The position numbers and the translations under genes are program-made. The notes under the pieces are model-generated. The model did not search any database, was not told the origin of the DNA, and saw nothing but the letters and a program-made list of their open reading frames with translations. Shown here piece after piece: positions 25,236 to 38,170 of a DNA stretch of 64,000 nt (its first letter is position 1; the number at the start of each line of letters is the position of its first letter). Source of the stretch: Malacoraja senta (Eukaryota); the NCBI GenBank assembly GCA_038087875.1, contig CM075977.1:308264001-308328000 (forward strand), read 5' to 3'.

Positions 25236-28200
25236 ATATAATAATAATACTAAACTTTATTTCGGACTCAAGGTCCAGACAAGGGGCAACATTACATAAA
25301 AATGCATTGCATATTAAAAAATATCATAAAGTACATATAAAATCTTAGTATATCACTTATAAAAGCATCGTAAATTATATATTAAAACCCCCCACAATAT
25401 ATGAATTAAAATCCAGAATAAAAGAATGATCAATGCCCTACAACGAGACAGCGATACCAGTGTCTCCACAACTGGGATTCGTAGCGTGTGGTGCTAAACC
25501 TTATGTTTGACAAGGCCACAATAATTACATTTTTAGAGTCATTTATCCTGCAAATGAATTTATACATATGATTTCTTAGGATAGCTTCTAAAGTACTGAC
25601 TCCTGCAGCCACAAACATGTTACTAGCACTACACCATCTAGGTTTCCTTAGCAGTGTTCTCAAGGCATCATTATATGACACCTTTAGTCTCTGCAAACTT
25701 GTCTTTCCATAGTTCGACCACAGGTGCACAGTATACAGTGGTGTGCAATATGCTCTAAATAGTGACATCTTCACATCTGCACACGCACCAAACTTACGCA
25801 AGAGAATATTCGCCAGTACATACAGCATGCGTCGTTGCCTTTAAATATCCTCATTATCTGTCATTTGTTCTGTAATAAAATGCCCTAGATATTTTACCTT
25901 ATTACAGACACTAAGATTATTGTCAGACAAATTAAAATCAGGAAATTTTAGACATTTATCCTCTTTGGTTCTACAGATCATAACAGCACTCTTACCAGCA
26001 TTATATTTAATATCATGTTCCACACCATACACAGAACATATAGTAAGGAGCTGCTGGAGACCAGCGCTAGATGGACTAAAGACCACAAGATCATCTGCAT
26101 ACATAATATTGTTCACTAAAATATTATCAATCATGCACCCAGTATTACAGGCTTTCAATTGTTTGGACAGATCATCAATATAAAGATTAAAAAGGACTGG
26201 GGACAAAATTCCCCCTTGTCTAACACCATTGCTAACTCCAAATGGGGCTGAGACCCTATTGCCCCATTTTATTTGCATAGTCTGGTGGGCAGACCAGTAG
26301 GCCAGAATTCTCACAATATATTTAGGCACCCCTCTTTGGCTCATTTCTGTGATTAACACGGTCAAAGGCTTTGGAAGCATCAATAAAGCACATAAGGATT
26401 GAAGAGTTTTTTCCTCTATATTTGTTTACAATCTCCTTTAGGGCATATATGCACAAGTCAGTGCCATGTTTAGCTTTAAACAAACTGATTATCTGTGGAG
26501 TTAACAAACTCATTTATTCTACCCAGCAGAATTCTTTCTAAAACTTTTGACAATATGCTGGCTAAACCTATGGGCCTGTAATTATTTAGGCTACCTACTT
26601 ACATAGATATAGAAAATAGGTGCAGGAGTAGGCCATTCGGCCCTTCGAGCCTGCACCGCCATTCAATATGATCATGGCTGATCATCCAACTCAGTATCCC
26701 GTACCTGCCTTCTCACTATACCCCCTGGTCCCTTTAGCCACAAGGGCCACATCTAACTCCCTCTTAAATATAGCCAATGAACTGGCCTCAACTACCCTCT
26801 GTGGCAGAGAGTTCCAGAGATTCACCATTCTCTGTGTGAAAACGTTTTTCCTCATCTCGGTCTTAAAGGATTTCCCCCTTATCCTTAAGCTGTGACCCCT
26901 TGCCCTGGACTTCCCCAACATCGGGAACAATCTTCCTGCATCTAGCCTGTCCAACCCCATAAGAATTTTGTATGTTTCTATAAGATCCCCTCTCAATCTC
27001 CTAAATTCTAGCGAGTATAAGCCAAGTCTATCCAGTCTTTCTTCATATGAAAGTCCTGACATCCCAGGAATTAGTCTGGTGAACATTCTCTGCACTCCCT
27101 CTATGGCTATAATGTCCTTCCTCAGATCTGGAGACCAAAACTGTACGCAATACTCCAGGTGTGGTCTCACCAATACCCTGTACAACTGCAGTAGAACCTC
27201 CCTGCTCCTATACTCAAATCCTTTTGCTATGAAAGCTAACATACCATTCGCTTTCTTCACTGCCTGCTGCACCTGCATGCCTACTTTCAATGACTGGTGT
27301 ACCATGACACCCAGGTCTCGCTGCATCTCCCCATTTCCTAATCGGCCACCATTTAGATAATAGTCTGCTTTCCTGTTTTTGCCACCAAAGTGGATAACCT
27401 CACATTTATCCACATTATACTGCGTCTGCCAAATATTTGCCCACTCACCCAGCCTATCCAAGTCACCTTGCAGTCTCCTAGCATCCTCCTCACAGCTAAC
27501 ACTGCCCCCCAGCTTAGTGTCATCCGCAAACTTGGAGATGTTGCCTTCAATTCCCTCATCCAGTTCATTAATATAAATTGTAAATAGCTGGGGTCCCAGC
27601 ACTGAGCCTTGCGCTACCCCACTAGTCACTGCCTGCCATTGTGAAAAGGACCCGTTTACTCCTACTCTTTGCTTCCTGTTTGCCAGCCAGTTCTCTATCC
27701 ACATCAATACTGAACCCCCAATACCGTGTGCTTTAAGTTTGTATACTAATCTCTTATGTGGTACCTTGTCGAAAGCCTTCTGAAAGTCCAGATACAACAC
27801 ATCCACTGCCTCTCCCCTATCCACTCTACTAGTTACATCCTCGAAAAATTCTATAAGATTCGTCAGACACGATTTACCTTTCGTAAATCCATGCTGACTT
27901 TGTCCAATGATTTCACCACTTTCCAAATGTGCTGCTATCCCATCTTTAATAACTGACTCTAGCAGTTTCCCCACTGCCGATGTTAAACTAACTGGTCTGT
28001 AATTCCCCGTTTTCTCTCTCCCTCCCTCCCTTCTTAAAAAGTGGGGTTACGTTTGCTACCCTCCAATCCTCAGGAACTACTCCAGAATATAAAGTTTTGA
28101 AAAATTATCACTAATGCATCCACCATTTCTGGAGCTATTTCCTTAAGTACTCTGGGATGCAGCCTATCTGATCCTGGTGATTTATCGGCCTTTAATCCAT

Positions 28201-31200
28201 TCAATTTACCCAACACCACTTCCCGACTAACCTGGATTTCACTCAGTTCCTCCATATCCTTTGACCCGCGGCCCCGTGCTATTTCCGGCAGATTATTTAT
28301 GTCTTCCTTAGTGAAGATGGAACCAAAGTAGTTATTCAATTGGTCCGCCATATCCTTGTTCCCCATGATCAATTCTCCTGTTTCTGACTGCAAGGGACCT
28401 ACATTTGTTTTAACTAATCTCTTTCTCTTCACATATGTATAAAAACTTTTGCAGTCAGTTTTTATGTTCCCTGCCAGTTTTCTTTCATAATCTATTTTCC
28501 CTTTCCTAATTAAGCCCTTTGTCCTCCTCTGCTGGTCTCTGAATTTCTCCCAGTCCTCTGGTATGCTGCTTTTTCTGGCTAATTTGTACGCATCATCTTT
28601 TGCTTTGATACTATCCCTGATTTCCCTTGTTATCCACGGATGCACTAACTTCCCTGATTTATTCTTTTGCCAAACTGGGATGAACAATTTTTGTAGTTCA
28701 TCCATGCAGTCTTTAAATGCCTTCCATTCCATATCCACCGTCAACCCTTTTAGAACTAATTGCCAGTCAATCTTGGCCAATTCACGTCTCATACCCTCAA
28801 AGTTACCTTTCTTTAAGTTCAGAACCATTGTTTCTGAATTAACAATGTCACTCTCCATCCTAATGAAGAACTCAACCATACTATGGTCACTCTTGCCCAA
28901 GGGGGCACGCACAACAAGACTGCTAACTAACCCTTCCTCATTACTCAATACCCAGTCTAGAATAGCCTGCTCTCTCGTTGGTTCCTCTACATGTTGGTTT
29001 AGATAACTATCCCGCATACATTCCAAGAAATCCTCTTCCTCAGCACCCCTGCCAATTTGATTCACCCAATCTATATGTAGATTGAAGTCACCCATTATAA
29101 CTGTTTTGCCTTTGTTGCACGCATTTCTAATTTCCTGTTTGATGCCATCCACAACTTCACTACTACTGGTAGGTGGCCTGTACACAACACCCACCAGCGT
29201 TTTCTGCCCCTTAGTGTTTCGCAGCTCTAGCCATACCGATTCCACATCCTCCAAGCTAATGTCCTTCCTTTCCACTGCGTTAATCTCCTCTCTAACCAGC
29301 AACGCTACCCCACCTCCTTTTCCTTTCTCTCTATCCCTCCTGAATATTGAATATCCCTGGATGTTCAGCTCCCAGCCTTGGTCACCCTGGAGCCATGTCT
29401 CCGTGATCCCAACTATATCATAATCATTAATAGCTATCTGCACGTTCAACTCATCCACCTTATTACGAATGCTCCTTGCATTGAGACACAAAGCCTTCAG
29501 GCTTGTTTTTACAACGCTCCTACCCCTTATACAATTATGTTGAAAAGTGGCCCTTTTTGATTTTTGCCCTGGATTTGTCTGCCTGCCACTTTTACTTTTC
29601 ACCTTGCTACCTATTACTTCCGCCCGCATTTTACACCCCTCTGTTTCTCTGCTCACCCATTTAAGAACCCCACCACCTCTTATTCTCTGTTTATTATTGT
29701 TTTCTTCTTTCCCCCCTACATGTTGGGTCTGAGTGCTTTCCTTCTCTGCCTCCTGCCTCACACACTGTCTAATAGCTTTCTCTATTTGAGTCCCTCCCCC
29801 CAACCATTCTAGTTTAAAGTCTCCCCAGTAGCCTTTGCAGATCTCCACGCCAGGATATCGGTCCCCCTTAGGTTCAAGTGCAACCCATCCTGTTTGTACA
29901 GGTCGCACCTTCCACAAAAGAGGTCCCAATGATCCAGAAATTTGAATCCCTGCCTTCTGCACCAGTCCTTCAGCCACGCATTTATCCTCCACCTCGCTCC
30001 CTTCCTACTCTCACTGTCGCGTGGCACAGGCAGTAATCCCGAGATTGTTACCTTTGCTGTCCTTCTCTTTAACTCCCCTCCTAACTCCCTAAATTCCCCT
30101 TTCAGGACCTCTTCTCTTTTTCTACCTATGTCATTGGTACCTATATGTACCACGACCTCGGGCTCCTCTCCCTGCCCTTTCAGGATATCTTGGACTCGTT
30201 GAGACAAATCACAGACCCTGGCACCAGGGAGGCAAACTACCATCCGGGTCTCCCGACTGTGTCCACAGAATCGCCTGTCTGACCCCCTAACTATAGTCCC
30301 CTATTAGTATTGCCCTCCTCTTCTTTTCCTTACCCTTCTGAGCAACAGGGCCAGTCTCTATACCGGAGGCCCAGCCGCTGTCGCTACCCCCAGGTAGGCT
30401 GTCCCCCCCAACAGTGCTCAAACAGGAGTACTTATTGTCAAGGTGTACAGCTACCAGGGTACTCTCTAGTCCCTGCCTGTGCCCCTTGCCTCTCCCAACC
30501 GTGATCCACTTGCCTGCCTCCTGTGGTCTTGGAGTGACCACCTCCCTGTAACTCCTCTCAATGACTTCCTCGCTCTCCCTGACCACTTTACACTGACTAC
30601 TTTACCAGCTTTGTCCTTAATGACCGGCACTAACAGAACAGACAACATTGAGTCTGATAACAAGCCATGATTCATAAAGCCAGTAAAACAAATAGCAAGG
30701 AGAGGAGCTATCGTCATACTCGCATACTTAAGATGTTCAATATGATCCAAGCCACTTGCTTTGTTGTTGATCAGCTTGTTCATGGCATGATACACCTCAT
30801 GTGACATAATCGCCATTGAGTCATTATTCTCAATATTGTCCACCCTATACACCTTGGACACAGTTGAATAAAGTACTATAATGTTGTCGCCATAACTCCG
30901 CGATATTAGCTGTTCCGGAGATTCCATCTACAGTGCATGGTAGAGATGTTTTGCAACTGTTAAGAGCTCTCACTTCTTTCCAAAAATCTGTAGCATTGTT
31001 ACTTAGCAGCTTCTTAGCCATGGAATCAGCCCTCATAGCTTGCTCATTTTTACAGATGAAGCGAACTGCATACTTATACCTTGCATTAGTGAGCTTCTTG
31101 TACTCAAACACAGGCCCCTGTCTGGGCTACCTGCCATAGCCCATGATTTAGTGGCTTCACGGGCTTCAGCATGATACTCAGCAACATACTTATTCCAGCC

Positions 31201-32460
31201 AGGCCTGATGTTATGTGTCTTATTTTTATGCTTGCAGTAGGGCTTACTGTATCATATATAGCGCTTACTATATCATTATACATGGAGCAGATATCTCTCC
31301 TATGCTTCATATCCTTACAATTAACATTACTACACATTATTGCATCTTTAGGTAAATGAATATTGCTTAAGGATTTATCTGTATGGGCATAATAGGCTAG
31401 GATGTCTTTCTTTGTAAGCGTTGACCAGTCCAGTTTTTCTGTATTAAAGCTATTTCTATCTCTGGATACCACAGGTATGTGTTCAACATTTATTGTCATA
31501 GCAACAGGTATATGATCAGTCATTGCTGCCCCGTACAGAATGCTCATACACCCCAAGGAGGCATGTGCATCAGCTGTACTAATACAGTGGTCCAGCCATG
31601 ACGTAGTGTGTCAGGCCTCACTAATATAAGTTTAACTATCTGTAGGTAAAAGCACTTTGCTTGACAATATTAAATTATTATCTTGACAGAACTGAGCCAT
31701 ATGATTGGCAAATAATGAGTTCCTTTCTGAGATATCTGCATTCATATCCCCAATGACATATACACTAGAATAATTATTGTTTTGAATGAAAGAATAGATG
31801 AAAGCAAGCCTATTTAAATATTCATCCTCAATCTGATGGCATTCATAGGGTGTATATACATTCAGGATAACAAATTCCTTGTCGTTGTGAGCAAAGTGTA
31901 TGGCAATGCACCAGTCAGCATCAAGCCGAACCACATTTATTGATGAGTCAAGCTTCTTGTTCCATAGAATAGCCACACCCCCTGATATCCTACCTCTGAC
32001 TATTCCCATGCAAAGGTCAATTGTAGACTCCCCAGCCCCATGAAAGTTGTCATTGAGAGAATTGAGTTTGTCCAAGTCTTGCTTCGCTAAGAATGTCTCT
32101 TGCATACATAGTATGTCACAGTTCTCCAGAAGGTTGTCAACAACTGTGCGGCGAGCTTTATCCCCTGTGCTCTGGCCCAAACGCAGGCCACGACAGTTGT
32201 ACGATAGTACCCGAATGTTCATTTAGCGAGACTAGTGAGTGCCCCTAGCGCCAGCAGGCACACTCATTCCCCTCGCGGCAGGCGCAGTGCTTGATCCGAT
32301 GACTCCAACCCTGCACGGCTCGTAATAGCGCCGGACAAATGCCCCTTCTGGCAGAGCTCCGGATTGTACATTTCGCCAACCTCATTACATTCCACAGATA
32401 CTTTAAATGAACAGTATCTACTGTGTACAGTGTCAATCTTTTGACAGGTAAACATATATG
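25236..32460 (-). mobile_element. RTE-X-like LINE (end of ORF1, APE, RT), split by a CR1 insertion
   Basis: APE MNIRVLSYNCRG..DILCMQETFL..GGVAILW..GDMNAD (31632-32222). RT FIDASKAFDRVNH, GVRQGGILSP and YADD (25841-26513). ORF1 tail CQKIDTVHSRYCSFKVSV. Short (TTA)-type tail. Clade assigned by motif style only. Confidence 0.75.
26601..30596 (-). mobile_element. Near-full-length CR1 LINE (ORF1 SGNH esterase, ORF2 APE+RT)
   Basis: ORF1 IGD..CLPGA..HIGTND..DGLHLN. APE LCLNARSIRNK/GITETWL/GDFN/SDH. RT ORF 26691-27974 is open for 427 aa. TSD CTACTT at 26595-26600 and 30597-30602. Confidence 0.95.
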
Positions 32461-34740
32461 TCCCCATGTTTGAGAATATCTTGCAGGTGGAATCACGTCA
32501 ACATTTATACACTCATGCCTCCTTAGAAATATAAATGTTCCAAAAAGATCATCCCACTTTTTTCTAAACTGCAGTGTCCATACATGAACTAGAACATTGG
32601 TAGCAGTAAACTGAAGGGGGAAAAAAACAGGCCTAGTCCCACCAGAGATAATATAGTAATAAAATGACAGATTAGCATTAATGAAAGCAACTCAGTGCAA
32701 CTTCAAAAGTGGTCATTCATTGGCAAGTTAGTGGTTGTACTGACCATTTTTCAGGGTATCATTAATTCATTTTTAAGCATATAGCATTTGCAGCATAATT
32801 TAAGATTTAAGTTATAGAGTGCTATTCCAATAAGCTTCCCAAAGCTGCAGTTGACATGCAGAGCAGAGATGGGATGCGGTGTATGGAGATCATTCACGTG
32901 TGAGAATTTGTTGCGTACTTTATCCCTCTGGTCCAAAAAGGGTTGAGGGCAATTTATTCGCCCATCTGCCAAACTGATCAAAACCACTGAGGGACCTATT
33001 CTTAAAAAAAGTTTAGTTTTGTATAACTCAGTCTCACAGTTTTTACAAATAAATTAATTGTTCTCTTACGGATCTGAATAAAGGTCCTGACCCAAATCTA
33101 TGCTCTCCAGAGATACCGCCTGACCTGCCTCGTTACACAAGCACTTTGTACCCTTTAACTGTTCTTTTATGTAACAAGTACAATTCTATGCGAATAATTG
33201 CCATTTCTTTGTTCTGTGTATACATAATTTTGTACATAATTTTACAAATATGACCACCGGGTGGCACCAGCAATGGCTGCCTCGCCAACAGTCTGTCTGT
33301 CCCTTCCTTCTTTGTGTTTAATAGTATGTGTTTGATGTATGTTTTCAGTGTTCTTTAGCTTGTTTTATGTGGGGGTGGAGGGGTTGGGGGAAACATTTTC
33401 TAATCTCTTACCTCGATGGAGATGCAATTTTTTTCCATATCGTATCTCCGTCTGCACTGCGGCCTAACATCGAGGAGTTGGCGGCCTTTGCTAGACACCG
33501 ACCTTTGAGAGCTCCACCGATTGGACTTTTTTGCCTTCTATCACAGTGAGGAATGTGGGGAATCCGCTGTGGTGGATATTTATGTTAACTTTTATGTAGT
33601 TGTGTGTCTTGTTGCATTTTTTTCTCATGGCTGTATGGTAATTCACATATCACTGTACCTTAATTGGTACACGTGACAATAAACTGACCTTTGAAATCTT
33701 TGAAACCTTTGAAATCCAGTTGAGGAGTTGCAGCATATTCCACGGGGAGACCAATTCTCATAAGTATAACAATTATATTTCTTGAATCTTTATGGTGTGA
33801 AAATATGGGTCCTGACCTTTATCTGAGCTTCTAAATAATAATACATTCTAGTCAACTTCTGAGAAAGAGACTGCCTTTTGGCACTAATAGTTCTGCAAGT
33901 GTGGGTTAGTAATACACATATAACAGCATAGAAAATTCTTTAAAAATATGAAAATTGAAAATGCTACAGTTAATTCCATTTAAAATTAATCTGATGTACT
34001 TTAAGACAGACCTTTGCTGTGCATTCATGCAAGATGACTACACATTTATAATCAAACAGAACGAACAAACCATACTAAATGTAAAAAATGTGGCAATTCA
34101 AATTATTCTCACTAGATCCAAGAGCAATGCATGGTTATGTTCCAAATATAGTTTGACTCTGCCTGTGATATTGTATGCAAAGCACTACGAGGTCATCCTA
34201 CAGCTGACCATTTCAGTGCTTTGAAATTCCTTACAACAAATATTTGGAACAAATGTACCATCCATGTCATGAAAATGTTTTCCCTTGAGCATGAAGTAAA
34301 AAAATAAATGTATTTACAACATAGTGATATGGCATGTTTTCTTCATCATCAACAAGCGCATTAAATAAATTTGAAATGCACTGTTTCGTAACTCTGTATA
34401 CATACTTATCAATAGAGCCAGGATTTTGCCATAAATGCCATGTGCCTTTTCTTGCCTTTTTGGATGATTTCACCAAGATAATGCCTTTTTCACGATCGAG
34501 TGCCTAAATCAGCCTTTTTTTGCCGTTTTGCTAAAAGGTCGTGCTATTTTCTCTAATTGTACCGTGATTACAATGCGTTTTCTACGTTAACACGTTAATA
34601 TTAATGTTATTATTAACGTGTTAACATAATATAATTTACAAGAAAATTTCCACCACCGGGTCAAAACAGAGGGCACCACCATCGGTCGTTCATTCGTTCG
34701 TGCCGCTGCCCGCTGGTTCAGCCTTCTCCAAGATCTATTT

Positions 34741-35022
34741 AAGAATGAACTGCAGATGCTGGAAAAATCGAAGGTAGACACAAAATGCTGGAGTAACTCA
34801 GTGGGTGAGGCAGCATCTATGGAGAGAAGGAATAGGTGACGTTTCGGGTCAAGACCCTTCTTCAGACTGATGTGGGAGGGGGGTGGGAAAAAGAAAGGAA
34901 GAGGCGGAGACAGTAGGCTAGAAGGAGAGCTGGGAAGGGGAGGATGGAAAAGACAAGGGCTATCTAAAATTAGAGAAGTCAATGTTGATACCGCTGAGGT
35001 GTAGACTACCCAAGCGAAATAT
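34741..35022 (-). mobile_element. Penelope-like 3' fragment nested in the hAT element
   Basis: Minus strand IFRLGSLHLSGINIDFSNFR*, followed by the terminal repeat. Confidence 0.8.
34835..34868 (-). ncRNA. Minimal type I hammerhead motif (best-preserved copy)
   Basis: agt-CTGAAGA-A-GGGTC-TT-GACCC-GAAA-CGTC-acc. Palindromic ACGT stem III and GUC triplet. Confidence 0.7.
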
Positions 35023-35039
35023 CCAAGCTTGTCTCCTCA

Positions 35040-36235
35040 CTACATTTACTGCTGGCTCCAGCCGCTGAGTTTTCGAGTGATTTGTGCAAGGGATTTATTG
35101 ATGCTGGAATTCCACTGTGTAAATTGGAAAACAAATCTCTCAGAGTTTTTTTTAGAGAAATACACAGAGGAACATATACCTAGCGAGTCATCATTACGGA
35201 AAAAATATGTTGACAGCAACTTCAACATTCTTGTGCAGAAAATTAAGAGATGAAGTTGCATGCAACAATACATGGATCTCAATACAGGAGACAACCGATG
35301 CTGTGGGGAGATATGTTGCCAATGTGGTCATTGGTACACTGGAGGCAAATCAACCATCAAAGGAGTATTTGTTGACATCGGAAGTATTGGAGAAGTCAAA
35401 CAGCTCAACTATTGCTCAGTTGTTTACAACTTCACTTGGTGTACTTTGACTAGAAGGTATAAAACACGAGAATGTTCTTCTGTTTGTGACTGATGCAGCT
35501 CCGTACATGAAAAAAGCTGCTCGTGCTCTTAAAGTTTTATTCACCAAAATGTTGCATTTGACATGCTTAGCTCAAGGACTTCATAGAATTGTCAAGCACA
35601 TATGTAGCTTGTTTCCAAATCTCGATCGCCTAGTTTCCAATGTCAAGAAAATCTTCCACAAAGCACCGTCACTTGTGCAGTTGTTCAAGGAAATGGCACC
35701 CGAGATTCCGCTAGCTCCTCAGCCCGTTTTGACTAGGTTGGGTACATGGCTCTACGCTATGCTCTACTATGCTGCAAATTTCAAAAAGATAAAAGAAACC
35801 GTCAACTGTTTTGAAGAAGAATCTGCTGTAGTCAGGATCGTCAGTGAAATCATGTTTAAAAATTCCCTCCACCACAATCTTGTGTTTATTGCTTCCAATT
35901 TTGCAAACTTTCCACAAGCTATCACTTCCCTTGAGAAACGTGGTGAAACATTAGTGAATAACTTGCAAGTTTTCAACAAATTAACTGACGATATCTGTAA
36001 AATTCCTGGCGATGTAGGTAAAGATATACAGGGAAAATGTGAGAGAGTGATTTTAGCTAACAAAGATCTTGAAGAAATACAAAACATAGCTAAAGTTCTC
36101 AAAGGTAGTTGTAATGCACAAGGTATCGACATGAATATAGTGTCGGTAGCTTGTTTCGGGTATGCATCAGTGACCTCAGCTGAGGTAGAAATAAGTTTTT
36201 CACAACTGAAGCATATTCTGTCTGACAGAATATAG
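35040..36235 (+). pseudogene. hAT (CGGBP1/DUF659-like) transposase, inactivated
   Basis: WISIQETTD, FVTDAAPYM, CLAQGLH, TRLGTW and TSAEVEISFS are degenerate versions of the D, D, CxxH, RW and E motifs. Frameshifts and stop codons are present. Confidence 0.85.
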
Positions 36236-37249
36236 TTGAACACCAGTTAATTTGAAAAAAAATGCTAGTAATTATGTGCAACCAGGCAACTTTGGTCATT
36301 TAATGTAGAATACCTTTATATTATCATTTTTAACCTTATTTTGGTGGTGGAAATACATGCCTTTTTATGCCATTTTTTGTCAATAAATGCCTTTTCCATG
36401 CATTTTTTGTAATTTTATTATGCCTTTTTGCCTGCCTATTTCAAAGTTTTTTAGCGCCTAAACATCCTGGCTCTACTTATCAAGTACTTATCTACTCATT
36501 AATTCTGATAGTCACAAGTAATTGAAAATCTCAGGCCTTGTTCGACACTTCAATTTAACCAAGATGCTGTGGAAAATTATAACATAATTAAAAACAGAAT
36601 TACAATGAAAAAAAAAGCAAGACAAGCACCATTGATGAAAGAAGGTATTGTAAGTTCTACTTTATTACGAATAAAGGCATAGGCTGTTTTCTAAATGGGG
36701 TGAGAATCCAGAAATCAGAGATGTAAAGGGACTTGGGTGTGCTAGTGCAGTATTCACAAAATGTTAATCTGCAAATCGAATCCGTAGTAAAGAAAGCAAA
36801 CTCAATGCTAGCATCTATTTCAAGAGGGTTTGTATACAAAAACAGGGATGTAATGTTGAGGCTCTATAAGGCGCTGGTAAGGCCACATTTAAAATGGCAA
36901 TTTTAATTGTGACATTTAAAAGAGTAAAAGGTTAAAATTACAGGACAATGAAAAAAGAGGGGGAGAACGGGGCAAACTGGATTCTACTTGTGCTGTGCTG
37001 ACATGGACTTGTGGGTTGAATAGCCTCCTTCCATGCTATATGATTCTATGAACTGCATTGCTAATGGTGATGGGAATGTTTCAGTGCTACAGAGTCATAG
37101 AATCATACAGCCTGGAAACAGGCCCTTTGGCCCAACTTGCCCAACCGACCAAAATGCCCCATCTACACATGTCCAAGTTCTGATATACCCACATTTAAAT
37201 AATAACTCCTGCAACGCTCCTGGAATCTAATTTTGGTGAACAGCTTTGG

Positions 37250-38170
37250 CTGTATTAGGTGGAAGGGCAGATAGTGTAGAAAAAGCATGGACTCTGCAGA
37301 AGGACTTGGACAGGTTGGGAGAGTGGGCAGAGAAGTGGCAGATGGGATATAGTGTAGCAAAGTGTGGAGTCATGCATTTTGGCAGTAAGGATAAAGGCGT
37401 AGACTATTTTATAAATGGGGAGAGAATCAAGAAATCAGTGGTGCAAAGGGACTTGGAGGTGCTGGTGCAGGATTCCCAATAAGTTAATCTGCAAGTCAAA
37501 TAGGTAGTAAAGAAAGCAAACTCAATGCTAGTATTTATTTCAAGAGGGCTTGTATACAAAAATGGGGATGCAATGCTGAGGCTCTATACGGCGCTGGTAA
37601 GACATTTGGAATATTGTGAGCAATTTTGGGCGCCATATCTGAGGAAGGATGTGCTGGCTCTGGAGAGGGTCCAGAGGAGGTTTACAAGAATGATCCCAGG
37701 AATGAGTAGGTTAACCTATGATGCGCATTTGTCGGCACTGGGCCTGCACTCGCTGGAGTTAAGAAGAATGAGGGGGACCTCATTGAAACATACAGAATAG
37801 TGAAAGGCTTGGATAGAGTGGATGTGGAGAAGTTTCCACTAATGGGAGAGTCTAGGACTAGAGGTCATAGCCTCAGAATTAAAGGACTTTTTTTTGGAAG
37901 GGGATGAGGAGAAATGTATTTAGTCAGAGTGTGGTGAATCTGTGGAATTCTTTGCCTCAAAAGGCTGTGGAGACCATCAGCGGATATTTTTAAGGCAGAG
38001 AAGGATAGAAGTTTGATTAGTTCTTGATCAGTACAGGTGTCTGAGGTTATGGGGAGAAGGCAGGAGAATGAGGTTAGGGGGGAGAGAGATAGTCAGCCAT
38101 GATTGAATGGCGGAGTAGACTTGATGGGCAGAATGGCCTAATTCTAATACTATCACTTATGACTTTATGA
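37250..38170 (+). mobile_element. CR1 LINE RT C-terminus and 3'UTR (a second fragment lies at ~36655-36890)
   Basis: LQKDLDRLGEWAEKWQM and LEYCEQFWAPY motifs; (ttatgac) tail. Confidence 0.85.

Larger units (their letters stand above)
34413..36475 (+). mobile_element. hAT DNA transposon with both TIRs and 8-bp TSD
   Basis: TIR TAGAGCCAGGAT..ATCCTGGCTCTA. TSD CTTATCAA at 34405-34412 and 36476-36483. Subterminal tgcctttt repeats. Confidence 0.93.
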
